NCBI GenBank assembly: GCA_963737905.1
Contig: CAVTUQ010000009.1
Span: forward strand, 215,738 to 279,737
Direction: 5' to 3'
Length of the DNA: 64,000 bases
Source of the DNA: an uncultured delta proteobacterium
GTDB taxonomy: Bacteria > Desulfobacterota > Binatia > UBA9968
Shown: piece after piece, positions 21,876 to 31,542 of the stretch
How positions within the stretch are numbered: the stretch's first letter is position 1
Layout of the letters: each line of letters starts with the position of its first letter
Notes under the pieces: generated by a model
The model's input: only the letters and a program-made list of their open reading frames with translations
What the model was told of the DNA's origin: nothing
Databases searched by the model: none
Program-made: the position numbers and the translations under genes

Positions 21876-22009
21876 GAGCAAAGATAAATCAGACCGTAAC
21901 CCTTTTCTAGCATCATTTAAGTTGCAGAAGAAGCGACGAACCACGGTCCAGTTTTGGAGGCTCGCTGAGGAAGTTGGCGCGCCGTCCACCGTCATGGGCG
22001 CCGGTCTTT

Positions 22010-22035
22010 GTAGGGACAGGTTTCAAACCTGCCCT
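22010..22035 (+). repeat. GTAG-type REP-like palindrome
   Basis: GTAGGGACAGGTTTCAAACCTGCCCT: GTAG tetranucleotide followed by a palindrome. Confidence 0.6.
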
Positions 22036-22110
22036 CTTTTGTTTGCCGCGCGTTGACAAAGCTAGCCGGTCCGCCTTAAGAATGCTTTTAGGCTCCGAGA
22101 GGAGAGCGCA

Positions 22111-23391
22111 ATGCAATTAACACTCGCATATCATCCGGTCGGGGAAATTCTTTTTGGAACGCAGACGCGCCTTAACGGGACAACGCTGGTTGTCGATCCG
22201 GAGGAGCTGCGCCGAGTGGTCCTGGAAGACGAAGCTATCGAAAGCATGGAGTTCGAAATTGTCCGGCCCGGGGAAAGCTGCCGCGCCGGGCCGATCTTCG
22301 ACATTGTCCAACCACGAGCGAAGGAGCCTGGATCAAGTCCTGATTTCCCCGGCATTTTGGGACCGCCGATGCCTGCCGGCGTCGGGATCACGCATGTATT
22401 GGAGGGAGCCGCAGTTTCAGTTTTGGCGGAAAGATCGCCGGGAGAGTCGAGAAGCGTGACGGGCCGGGTGTTGGAGATGAGCGGAGTTGCTGCCGAAGCA
22501 ACGGTATACTCTTCGATGCAACATTTAGTGGTCATCCCGCACACGCGAGCCGGATTGCCGATTCACGCTATAGACAAGGCCTACCGCAAGGCGGGCCTGA
22601 AGGTTGCCGTTTACCTTAGCCGCGCCGCGCTGAATCATACTCCGGAATCTACACAGACCTTTGACCCGGTTGGTCCAGGGGAGGGAGGACGCGAGGGATT
22701 GCCACGGTTCGCTTACGTCGGCCAAATTTTTTCCCGCCAGCGGAAACCCGCCGTGGACGAGCCGATTCTCTACGGTGCCAACACAGAGGGGATGCTGCCG
22801 GTCGTACTCCATCCCGACGAATGGTTGGATGGAGCGATCGTGCCGTCGCTCCAGTCCTGGTTCGGCGGCACCGAGACCTATTTCTACCAGAATCACCCTG
22901 TGATCCTGGAGCTCTACCGGCGCCATCAGGCACGGGAGATCGATTTCGTCGGGACCATCGCCACGATTGCCGGGTCCGATAACTTCGACCGGGATCGCCA
23001 TTGCCGGGTGGCTGCAAATCTAGTGAAGTGGAACTTGAAGGCCGATGCTGTGGCGCTCACAAAATGGGGTGGTGGATTACCCCACGCCGACTTGGCGGAG
23101 ACCGCGCGACTGCTGGAAGGCATGGGTATACGTACCACCGTGATGGTTTCCGACATGTCCAAAGACCGCCGCGTAGAGTCGGCGCTCCTCTTCAATTTTC
23201 CGGAAGTGAACGCCATCGTCTACAATGGGGGTAACGGCACTCAGTGGGAGATACCCCGTGTGCAGCGAATTATCACCGCAACGCCGGAGCTGGCGGAGCT
23301 ACTGGGCGGACCGATGATGATCGGGGCTTGGAACGTCGTCGGCGTTACGAATCAGCAGGGCGCGTCGCGAATGCGAGCACTGGTTTATTAA
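22111..23391 (+). CDS. grdE: Glycine/sarcosine/betaine reductase component B proprotein-like (GrdE family)
   Basis: IVRPGES..DIVQPRAK, THVLEG, AGLKVAVYL, LHPDEWLDGAI, TYFYQNHPVILELYRRH; GAGGAG RBS; adjacent to grdB. Confidence 0.82.
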   Translation: MQLTLAYHPVGEILFGTQTRLNGTTLVVDPEELRRVVLEDEAIESMEFEIVRPGESCRAGPIFDIVQPRAKEPGSSPDFPGILGPPMPAGVGITHVLEGAAVSVLAERSPGESRSVTGRVLEMSGVAAEATVYSSMQHLVVIPHTRAGLPIHAIDKAYRKAGLKVAVYLSRAALNHTPESTQTFDPVGPGEGGREGLPRFAYVGQIFSRQRKPAVDEPILYGANTEGMLPVVLHPDEWLDGAIVPSLQSWFGGTETYFYQNHPVILELYRRHQAREIDFVGTIATIAGSDNFDRDRHCRVAANLVKWNLKADAVALTKWGGGLPHADLAETARLLEGMGIRTTVMVSDMSKDRRVESALLFNFPEVNAIVYNGGNGTQWEIPRVQRIITATPELAELLGGPMMIGAWNVVGVTNQQGASRMRALVY

Positions 23392-23440
23392 TGTATTCGG
23401 CACCAGGCAAAAGAAAAAGGGGAGACATCGAGGACAGAAC

Positions 23441-23503
23441 AACCGCAGAGAACGCAAAGGTCACAAAGTATAACGCTATGTGTTCTATGCGTTCTTTGCG
23501 GTT
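23441..23503. repeat. Inverted 9-nt-period repeat hairpin
   Basis: AACCGCAGAGAACGCAAAGGTCACAAAG against the reverse complement of the right arm, AACCGCAAAGAACGCATAGAACACATAG. Confidence 0.75.
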
Positions 23504-23538
23504 AAGTGTTTTTTCCTCTTATGGTGGAGGTTTCTGAA

Positions 23539-24819
23539 ATGCGAGTTGTACATTATCTGAATCAATTCTTCGGCGGTATCGGCGCGGAAGAGCAAGCGGG
23601 GATGGGCCTCGAAGCGCGCACCGGCGCAGTGGGCCCCGCCAAGCTCTTGGAGCAATTGTTGGGCGAAGGCGCTCAGGTCGTGATGACCCTCGTTTGCGGC
23701 GATAACTATGCCGTCGAACATGAGGAAGAGTTGGTTGCCTCCGTTCTGGAAAAGGTCCGCGGCGCAGGTGCGGATCTATTCGTCGCGGGACCGTGCTTCG
23801 AAGCGGGCCGCTATGGGATGGCGGCCGGCGCCCTCTGTGTTGCCGTCCAATCGCAGGTCGGTATTCCCGTCATCACCGGAATGAGCGAGGAAAACCCCGG
23901 CGTCGATCTGTATCGCGATGCACTTTATATTACCGACTCGGGCACCAACGCTGCCCGGATGCGCGACGTGTTACTTAAGATGGCAAAACTCGGGAGAAAG
24001 CTGGTTAACAAGAACGCCATCGGTTTACCTGCAGAGGAAGACTACCTGCGCCGCGGGCTATTGCGCGACCAGGTGGTCGACCAGACGGCGGCGAGGCGAC
24101 TCATCGACATGCTAGTGGCGAAAGTCAAAGGCGAGCCGTTCGAGTCAGAGATGTTGCCCACATCATTCGAGCCGGTGCCGATGCCCTCCGGCGTTAAAGA
24201 TCTTTCCAAAGCCAAGGTGATGCTCATCACGGACGGCGGGCTTGTTCCGAAAGGCAATCCGGACAAGATCCACGGAACTGCGGCGACGCGGTGGGGCGCC
24301 TATAGCATCGAAGGTCGTGACGTTCTCAGCGGCAAAGATTACGAGATCTCCCACGGTGGTTATGATGCGCGATTTGTCCAAGAAGATCCGGATCGTCTCG
24401 TACCCCTCGACGCGATGCGCGAGATGGAAAGGAGCGGCGTCATCGGCAAGCTCCACGACGAATTCATTTCGACTTCGGGCCGGGCGAACCCGCTTTCTAA
24501 CACGCGCCGTCTCGGCCGGGAGATGGCGGAAAAGGCAAAGCAGGAGGGGGTCGATGCCGTCATCCTCACCTCCACCTGAGGCACGAGCACTCGCAGCGGC
24601 GCTGCGATCACAACTGAGCTGGAAAAAGCCGGAATTCCGGTGGTGCAGATTACCTCCGCCATGTCGATTGCGAAGATGGTCGGATCCAACCGCGTCGTTC
24701 TAGGGCATGGCATCGTTCATGTCACCGGCGATGCCAAACTGGCGCCCGAAGAAGAAAAAGACTTGCGCCGCAAGCTCGTGCAAAAGGCGCTCAGCGCACT
24801 GCAATCGAGCGAGAAGTAG
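23539..24819 (+). CDS. grdB: Glycine/betaine/sarcosine reductase selenoprotein B family; Sec at UGA 24577-24579; 426 aa
   Basis: MRVVHYLNQFFGGIG, CGDNY, AGRYG, GGLVPKGNPD, VILTST-UGA-GTSTRSG. Homology continues in frame (ELEKAGIPVV..VGSNRVV..GI) to TAG at 24817. Confidence 0.93.
24591..24607 (+). promoter_or_regulatory. Bacterial SECIS-like hairpin
   Basis: TCGCAGC-GGC-GCTGCGA perfect 7-bp stem beginning after an 11-nt spacer 3' of the in-frame UGA. Confidence 0.75.
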
Positions 24820-24864
24820 AAGCTGCGTTGATTACGCGTTACGCCAGCGTACGCAACAGTGGGC

Positions 24865-25899
24865 TCAGTTGCCCAACACCTTCTTCAAACGATCGATGAT
24901 CTCCGGCGGCTGGCTCGTCACTTCTTTGGCCAACTTCTCAAGCTCCTCGCCGCCTACAGGATCGAATTCGTAATTCCTCTTTTTCACTTCCTCTTGCAAC
25001 TGGGGGTCGTTCATCGTCTTCGTATAAGCCTCGCGCAGGGTCTTTAACCGATCGGCCGGAACACCGGGAGGGCCGAGCATGGGCCGCCCCATGGAATCGG
25101 CCGTAACCAGCACCGCGGCGAGGCGCCGTCCGGCTTCAGTCGTCTTGTATTGATCCATGAGTTCAAAGATGGTGGGAGTGTCCGGCAGTCTTCGGTCCCG
25201 CTTCTTCCCCGTCTGAAAAAGGTTGCGCACGAAGCCGTTCTTGCGCCACGTATGATAGGGCTCACGGCCAAAGAAAGCCTCTATGGTAAAAGCGCGGCAT
25301 TGAATTTCGCCGCGCTCGACACCTAGATCAATGTCGGTTCCGCCGGGATAGCCGGTAACGATGTTGAACTTCGCGCCCACGGTTTCCTGCAACAACTTGG
25401 GCAGATAGGAATCAGGTCCGGTGACTCCCGTCGCGCCACATTTGGGCGGCTCTTTGGCGGTGCGGACATCCTCAATAGTTTTGTAAGGAGAGTCAGCACG
25501 CATGTACATCTGCGATTCGCCGCGGGCCGGAGCGCCGATCCAGGTAAACTTAGCCCAGTCGAACTGGATTTCCGATCTCCCAATGAGCTGATTCAGGTAG
25601 AGAGAAGGAATGATGGAGCCAATCAGTGTTAAACCATCGGGTTTGACCATCGTATAAAGATGATTGGCCGCGACCACGTGGCCCGCGCCGGGCATATTCT
25701 GAACGATGAACTCGGGGTTCCCTGGAATGTGCTTCCCCATATGGGCGACGATGAGACGGGCCCACAGGTCGTAAAGGTTGCCCGGTGGAGTGCCCACGAT
25801 AACCCTCACGGTCTTTCCCTGATAGAAGGGCGATTGGGCTTGAGCAGGGGTGATGCCCCAGAGGAGGAAGCACAGAAGAGGAGAGATGATTCTTTTCAT
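24865..25899 (-). CDS. Tripartite tricarboxylate transporter substrate-binding protein (TctC/Bug)
   Basis: FYQGKTVRVIVG, QNMPGAG, KPDGLT, GYPGG..ERGE. Confidence 0.9.
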   Translation of the reverse strand: MKRIISPLLCFLLWGITPAQAQSPFYQGKTVRVIVGTPPGNLYDLWARLIVAHMGKHIPGNPEFIVQNMPGAGHVVAANHLYTMVKPDGLTLIGSIIPSLYLNQLIGRSEIQFDWAKFTWIGAPARGESQMYMRADSPYKTIEDVRTAKEPPKCGATGVTGPDSYLPKLLQETVGAKFNIVTGYPGGTDIDLGVERGEIQCRAFTIEAFFGREPYHTWRKNGFVRNLFQTGKKRDRRLPDTPTIFELMDQYKTTEAGRRLAAVLVTADSMGRPMLGPPGVPADRLKTLREAYTKTMNDPQLQEEVKKRNYEFDPVGGEELEKLAKEVTSQPPEIIDRLKKVLGN

Positions 25900-26053
25900 A
25901 TATCGCACCTCCGCTAGATCGTCTCGCGCTCACAGTTATCTCAGCTGGACTGACCAAGTCAAACGTGGAATCTCTCAGAGAACACTGGCCTACGTCGGCG
26001 GGCCAGCGGTAAATCTGGTTTGGATCTGGAGATGTGATAGGATCGTGGAAACT

Positions 26054-27052
26054 ATGAAGGTCGTTCTTAAAGCGACGGCAAACGTCCTCTTTATCTGCTT
26101 GCTTGTCGTCGAAGCCCACGCCGCTGATCGCCTGCGCCTCGGCTATTCCTCGATTACGGCGAATCGACTGCCACTTTGGCTGGCACAGGAAGCGGGAATT
26201 TTTGCGCGCCACGGAATCGACGCCGAGTTGCTTCTGATACCGAGTGGGACCACCGGCGTGCAGGCTCTCGTGGCGGGCGAAGTGCAGATCTTGTCCGCCA
26301 CCGGCGCGACCGCCGTTGCCGCCGCGCTCCGCGGCGCGGATGTGGTAATCATCGGTAGCCTGGGAGTCATTGAATACAAGCTTGCGGCGCTGCCGCAGAT
26401 TCGGAATACGGAGGCGCTTAAGGGAAAGAGGGTGGGAATCAGCCGCTTCGGATCGTTCACCGATTTTGCATCGCGGCGAGTGCTTCGCCACGTAGGGCTC
26501 AATCCAGAAAAAGATGTGGTGCTGTTACAAACCGGCATTGCCGGCGCTACACAGAGGCTGATGGCTATGTTCAATGGAACGATGGATGCCACCCTCACGC
26601 AGGTGGATACCATCTTGTTGGCCCAGATCAAACTGGGAAAGGAGGTCTCGGTGCTCGGGGGCCTGCTGGAGACGGGCTATCGCGCCACGGGGGCGGATAT
26701 CATGACATCGCGACGCTTTCTCAAAGAGAAGCCCGAAGTCGCCAGACGCTTCATGATGGCGATCGTTGAAGGCATTCATATGGCGCGCACACAGAAGGCT
26801 GCGGCGCTGCGCATGATCAGCAAGCAGCTAAAGGAAAACGACCCGCGGATTCTCGAAGCGCAATATCGGACCTTCGTGATCGATACTTTTCCCACAAAGC
26901 CCTATCCCGATGAGGTCACGGTCCGCTTTTCTCTCGAGGAGTTGGACAGAGAGTTTTCCGGAGCCAAAGACAAAAACGTAAGTCAATTCATCGACGCGAG
27001 TCTTCTCGGGGCCATCGACCAGAGCGGTTTCATCGATAAACTGTATAAGTGA
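26054..27052 (+). CDS. ABC substrate-binding protein, NMT1/SsuA/THI5-like
   Basis: AQEAGIFARHGID, LKGKRVGISRFGS, IDQSGFIDKLY. Confidence 0.88.
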   Translation: MKVVLKATANVLFICLLVVEAHAADRLRLGYSSITANRLPLWLAQEAGIFARHGIDAELLLIPSGTTGVQALVAGEVQILSATGATAVAAALRGADVVIIGSLGVIEYKLAALPQIRNTEALKGKRVGISRFGSFTDFASRRVLRHVGLNPEKDVVLLQTGIAGATQRLMAMFNGTMDATLTQVDTILLAQIKLGKEVSVLGGLLETGYRATGADIMTSRRFLKEKPEVARRFMMAIVEGIHMARTQKAAALRMISKQLKENDPRILEAQYRTFVIDTFPTKPYPDEVTVRFSLEELDREFSGAKDKNVSQFIDASLLGAIDQSGFIDKLYK

Positions 27053-27087
27053 TTTCGTGATGGAGCGCTGCGTTCGATGGCGACCGC

Positions 27088-28068
27088 TTATTTCCCGCTG
27101 AGCTCGCGACGAACCTCTCTCAGCAGGCTGAAATCGACGACTTTGTCTACCGGGATCTCACCGATATTTTTGTCTGACTTGCGAATGATGTCAAAATGTA
27201 CCTTTAATTGCTTCTCGCCGATGATGCCGTCTTCATTGAGAGCTTTGACGATTGCCGCGTAAGATTCTTTCGCCACGTCCGGCTCGACTTTCCATTCTTT
27301 CTGAATCACTCCGATCGTCCCTTCAGGATTTTCCTTGGCAAAACGCAAGCCGCGATACAACGCTCGCACGACTTTTTTCACTTCTTGCGGATGCTCTTTA
27401 ATGCGCTGCTCCGTAGTGGAGTAGCCGTTGCTGGCAAACTGCACCACATCGCCGACAAAAGAAATTTCGTTGAAGCCGTCCCGCTTCAACAACACGACGG
27501 CGGGAACGGGAACGATGATCGCCGCGACCGAGCCCACGCGCAGCGCCGCAACGCGGGTCCCTTCGCTGCCTATTTGGATAATCAGGGCGTCACGTTCAGG
27601 CTCGACGCCGAAGTGTTTGAGGACGAGACGGGCGGAAAGATCGGAGGTGCCCCCAAATTGGCTGACGCCGACTCGCTTGCCCTTTAGTTCCGCCACCGAC
27701 CCGATCTCCTTTTGCGCCACCAGGTAGTACATGGGACGATCGGCGCCGTAGAAAATTGCCCTGATGGGCGCGCCCCGCGCCGCGAGGCGTAGCCCGGAAT
27801 CGGCGAGCCCATGATACTGCACGTCCCCCGACAGCAAAGCATTTTGAGCCATGGCGGGAATCAACCTGGGCAACTCGATATCGATGCCTTCATCTTTGAA
27901 AAAGCCCCGATGAACCGCTACGAAAAGCGGAAGGTAGCCCATGGAATTGCCGGGCAGCGCGAACTTGATTTTGTCGGCGGCCAGGACGGGAGCGGACAGA
28001 TTCGAGACGGCCATGGCCACGATAAGCGCAAAGGCTATCATCCATTTCTGAAAACTTTGATAATGCAC
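27088..28068 (-). CDS. ABC substrate-binding protein, NMT1/SsuA/THI5-like
   Basis: Signal peptide; GFFKDEGID, ELKGKRVGVSQFG, VDFSLLREV; AGGAGG RBS. Confidence 0.88.
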   Translation of the reverse strand: MHYQSFQKWMIAFALIVAMAVSNLSAPVLAADKIKFALPGNSMGYLPLFVAVHRGFFKDEGIDIELPRLIPAMAQNALLSGDVQYHGLADSGLRLAARGAPIRAIFYGADRPMYYLVAQKEIGSVAELKGKRVGVSQFGGTSDLSARLVLKHFGVEPERDALIIQIGSEGTRVAALRVGSVAAIIVPVPAVVLLKRDGFNEISFVGDVVQFASNGYSTTEQRIKEHPQEVKKVVRALYRGLRFAKENPEGTIGVIQKEWKVEPDVAKESYAAIVKALNEDGIIGEKQLKVHFDIIRKSDKNIGEIPVDKVVDFSLLREVRRELSGK

Positions 28069-28271
28069 ACCTTCCTCCTTTTAGCTATTCTGGGATGTCG
28101 ATCTTGCAAATTTCGCGTAACATACGCGGTTTCTTACGTCAATCAACAGGAGCGGGCTCAAGGACGGACACCCGTGAGATAGAGCTGGTATTTAAGCCTG
28201 CATCTCTTTACGACCCTGCGGAGATCATGTTACGCTCCGAACTCAACAACAACAACGCGAGGAAAATATTT

Positions 28272-29015
28272 ATGAAAATCATCGAGCGGTCATATAGCAC
28301 GAAAGACGACGGGATAGCAGGGTTTATGGCTTATCCCGAGAGAAAGGAGCCAGGGCCGGCGCTGTTTCTTATCCATCCCAAGGGGGGACTCGGCGAGTAC
28401 ATCAAAATCGAGACGCGCAAGTTTGCAAAGCTCGGCTATAGCACGTTTGCAATTAACGTTTTCGAGCAGCTCGGCTATCCGGCCGCGACGCACATCGAAA
28501 CGGGGTCGCAGATACAGGCCAAGACTCCGGATCCTGAGTTTACACGTGTGCTAACCCAAGGCTGGCGTCATCTGCTCGCCCAGCCTCACGTGAACAAGAA
28601 CAGAGTTGCCGTTTGTGGCTATTGCATGGGCGGACGCATCGCGATTCACCTCGTCGCCGCGACTCCCGATGTGCGGGCCTTTGTCGGCTACTATCCGACC
28701 GTGCGCGACGAACCGCAAACCGAATTGCGGCCAGTTCACCCATCGGTCGCGGCAAGAAAAATTCGCTGCCCGTCTATCATCCTGTATGGCGCCGACGACA
28801 TAACCACGGTTATCCCGGTCCAAGACAAGATGATGTATGCCTTCAGAGAAAATGGCCAACCCCTGGAGTGGCATTTCTTCCCATTCGGCGGTCATGGCTA
28901 CGTGGATCCCGGCGCGCCTGGTTATCATGCACACACGGCTGATCTCTCGTGGCCATTGGTCACGGATTTCATGGAGCGCCATCTCAAGTGGGACTCGCCC
29001 TCTTTTCTCGAATAG
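28272..29015 (+). CDS. Dienelactone hydrolase family protein
   Basis: GYCMGG nucleophile elbow, YGADD, GHGY. Confidence 0.87.
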   Translation: MKIIERSYSTKDDGIAGFMAYPERKEPGPALFLIHPKGGLGEYIKIETRKFAKLGYSTFAINVFEQLGYPAATHIETGSQIQAKTPDPEFTRVLTQGWRHLLAQPHVNKNRVAVCGYCMGGRIAIHLVAATPDVRAFVGYYPTVRDEPQTELRPVHPSVAARKIRCPSIILYGADDITTVIPVQDKMMYAFRENGQPLEWHFFPFGGHGYVDPGAPGYHAHTADLSWPLVTDFMERHLKWDSPSFLE

Positions 29016-29040
29016 TCGCCAGTTAGCTGTTTTATGAGAC

Positions 29041-29075
29041 CGGTTCCAGCGCGTCACGGCGGCGCGTTGGAACCG
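29041..29075. terminator. GC-rich hairpin between convergent genes
   Basis: CGGTTCCAGCGCGTC...GGCGCGTTGGAACCG; no clear U tract. Confidence 0.55.
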
Positions 29076-29103
29076 TTGTAAGCGAGGTTAAAGAAAGCGG
29101 CGA

Positions 29104-29361
29104 TTAGCCGGCTCCCCTCAGCGTGCTCTTAAAACCTTCGATCGTAAGCTTCCCGTTCACCATTCTTTCCAGGTCCGAAGCGCTGACGGGGTGATGTAGA
29201 TCGCCGACTTTAAGATCCCAGTGAAAAATCTCGCCGAGTGCCGGCAAGCCGCCGGGTAGCCGCTCGTCGGTGTGAGCAATCGAAATATCTTTGCCGCGGT
29301 AAACGCCGCGAACGTCGGCGCCGTTGGCGCGGCACCACGCGAGGACCTGCTCGAATGTCAT
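29104..29361 (-). CDS. Hypothetical protein
   Basis: 85-aa ORF with GAGG RBS, 13 nt after the cupin stop. Confidence 0.7.
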   Translation of the reverse strand: MTFEQVLAWCRANGADVRGVYRGKDISIAHTDERLPGGLPALGEIFHWDLKVGDLHHPVSASDLERMVNGKLTIEGFKSTLRGAG

Positions 29362-29374
29362 AGCCGCCTCGCAA

Positions 29375-29794
29375 TCAATCGACAGGATTCAATAGATGTT
29401 CTTTAAGGCCGGTGTGAACGCCGTAAATAACCTTACCAATTTTCGGTTTGGGTTTCGGTTCCGTGCTGACCTGATAAAGGATCAGACGGCCCGTGCCGGT
29501 GTTGTTCAGTTGATAGAAAAAACCTGCGGGAACGTGCACTGCCTGGTGTTTGGTTAACTTGAACTCTTCGTCATCCTTGAGGCCTTTCATGGTGCATTCG
29601 CCCTCGACCACAAAGAAGGTGTGATCTGAACCGGGATGACAGTGCAACTCGTCATTGACTCCCGGCTCATAACAGTTGAGCGCAATATGGGCGCGATCGG
29701 TTTGAGTTGGGCGAACGTAGTTTCGTCCCGTCGGTTTGCCCCATTGGGCCTGCTTTTCCGTATCAACTACGGTTATTTTCTCTATGTTGTCCAT
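29375..29794 (-). CDS. Cupin domain protein
   Basis: ELHCHPGSDHTFFVVEGE, VPAGFFYQLNNTG; GGAGG RBS. Confidence 0.85.
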   Translation of the reverse strand: MDNIEKITVVDTEKQAQWGKPTGRNYVRPTQTDRAHIALNCYEPGVNDELHCHPGSDHTFFVVEGECTMKGLKDDEEFKLTKHQAVHVPAGFFYQLNNTGTGRLILYQVSTEPKPKPKIGKVIYGVHTGLKEHLLNPVD

Positions 29795-30338
29795 TTCGCA
29801 CCTCCGGATGAATTTCTTATGATTTGATACCAATTTCCAATTTTTGCAAGTGTACAGGACGTGATCGGGACAAGACAAGCCCAGCCAGCATTCTTTTTAT
29901 TGGTACGTTGACAAGAAAGAACATCCGGCCATAGTCGGTTCGGGTTTTCTGTTCAAGTGCGTCGCCGCGGAGTTCCCTTCCCCTTGGTAGGCGCCCCTTC
30001 TTCGTCTTAACGACATCATTTCTCTCGCTGAACTGCCGACCTAAGGCAAGAACGGGCCGGACCAGTGGTTGAAGCTGCTACGTGAGATCACGCGCGAATG
30101 ATATTTCGTGCCTTAAGCTTTCTGACAAATCTCTTTAGTTATAGAAGCATTGCATCATTTTTCTCACCCTCTTTTGATATTGCCACCTGCGCACCGTGAT
30201 CCGTTGGTTAAGGATCAGAAGGTAAGTCATTAAATAAAAAGAGAAATACTGATTGGTTCTTGGGGCTACAGTCGTGGTGGACTGGACGCGCTGCTAGCGA
30301 GTGGTATGAGTATAGGCAGTAAAGAAGGGAGGAAGAAT

Positions 30339-30407
30339 ATGGCAGCCAGGATCGACAGCACGGTATGCCGCAAGCGGCCCAAGAAACGGCAAGGCGCCAA
30401 GCAATAA
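30339..30407 (+). CDS. Putative 22-aa basic peptide
   Basis: GGGAGG RBS then MAARIDSTVCRKRPKKRQGAKQ-stop; hairpin downstream. Confidence 0.45.
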   Translation: MAARIDSTVCRKRPKKRQGAKQ

Positions 30408-30481
30408 CTTTGAATACGAAGAAAAACGAGTCTTTTGACAAAGGCTCTTAATTGCTTTTTCAAGCAATAGACTAAAACCAC

Positions 30482-30514
30482 GAAAGGCCTGCGTTCGACT
30501 AACGCAGGCCTTTC
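30482..30514. terminator. Intrinsic terminator, possibly bidirectional
   Basis: GAAAGGCCTGCGTT-CGACT-AACGCAGGCCTTTC, 14-bp perfect stem. Confidence 0.75.
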
Positions 30515-30543
30515 TCGTTGGTGTGGATGGTTGCGCGTGGTGA

Positions 30544-31381
30544 TTAGAAAAACGCCAGGGTGCGCATCTCGATGCTTTCCCGGGGCGGAGCGTCCGGCGG
30601 GCTTGTGGGGTCGTCGAACGCACAATGGGCGGTCCATCGGGCGCGGCCGTCTCTTGCCGACTCGAAGGTTTTGAACACGATCGCTTCATTGCGCTTCATG
30701 TTGGGGAAATAGTACCAGACATGGTCGGGGTTGAAAGTCATGTGACACGTTTCGCCGACCCGATCCGGGTAAATCCGCGCGCTGGCGACGAGTTCCTTCG
30801 TTCCGATGCTGCGCGCGTCGGCAATCGCCAGCGGCTCCCGCTGCACGGGGTTGTTGATCGGCCGCCAGGTCTGGACGATGGCAAAGCGGCGTTTGAGAAG
30901 CTCTTCGGCTTCGTCGGGGAGTAGGTCGCGCACGCGCTGCGGCCCGGACCAATCGGTATAGTCATTATGAGCATTGCGCACGGGGCCACTGATCTGTTTC
31001 GCTTCACGAGTCGCCTGGTCGGCGGAGCGCAAGGTGTGATCGAAGACAACGACCCGCTTGGCGCCGGAGGTCCTCTTGACCAATTCTTCGGTCTCCTTGT
31101 AGTACAGGCGATCGAATTTCGTCCTCGTCATAGAAATTTTTCATCTTGGTCTCGTGATTGACGAAGATGAATCCTTCGCGCTCCAGGGACAGTTGATCGG
31201 CGATCGCGCGGGCGTTGTAGATCGTCATCTTGTGCGGTTGGTATTGGCCTTTGCGCTGTTCATCGGCCACCGATTGTCTCACGCCGCCGTAGCTGGCCGG
31301 TTTTTCGCTGGCCTCTTCAAGGTAGTGGATCAATGCTTCGATCGATTCTGACGATTGGCCAATTCTTTCGGGTCGTGCCAT
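30544..31381 (-). CDS. CmcJ/NvfI-like oxidoreductase (one apparent extra base near 31107)
   Basis: LSLEREGF, VVFDHTLR, AHNDYT, WRPI..PLAIADARS, WYYFPNM, PRESIEMR; AGGAG RBS. Confidence 0.85.
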
Positions 31382-31397
31382 AGTTATCTCCTTCTTA

Positions 31398-31542
31398 AAA
31401 TCCGAAATCCGAATATCGAAATCCGAAACAAACCTAAAGACTTAAACCCCAATTACGAAATCCGAAACGGGCTGGTTTGGAACTTTCTAATTTTTTGATC
31501 ATTTGAAATTGTTTCGAATTTCGGATTTCGAGTTTTGAATTT
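31398..31542. repeat. Inverted AAATCCG heptamer arrays
   Basis: Left AAATCCG AAATCCG AATATCG AAATCCG AAACAA; right arm reverse complement AAATTCA AAACTCG AAATCCG AAATTCG AAACAA. Confidence 0.8.

Noticed and set aside
23506-24579. ORF-track call ending at the UGA, implying a grdB pseudogene
   Set aside because: In-frame homology continues past the UGA and a SECIS-like hairpin follows.
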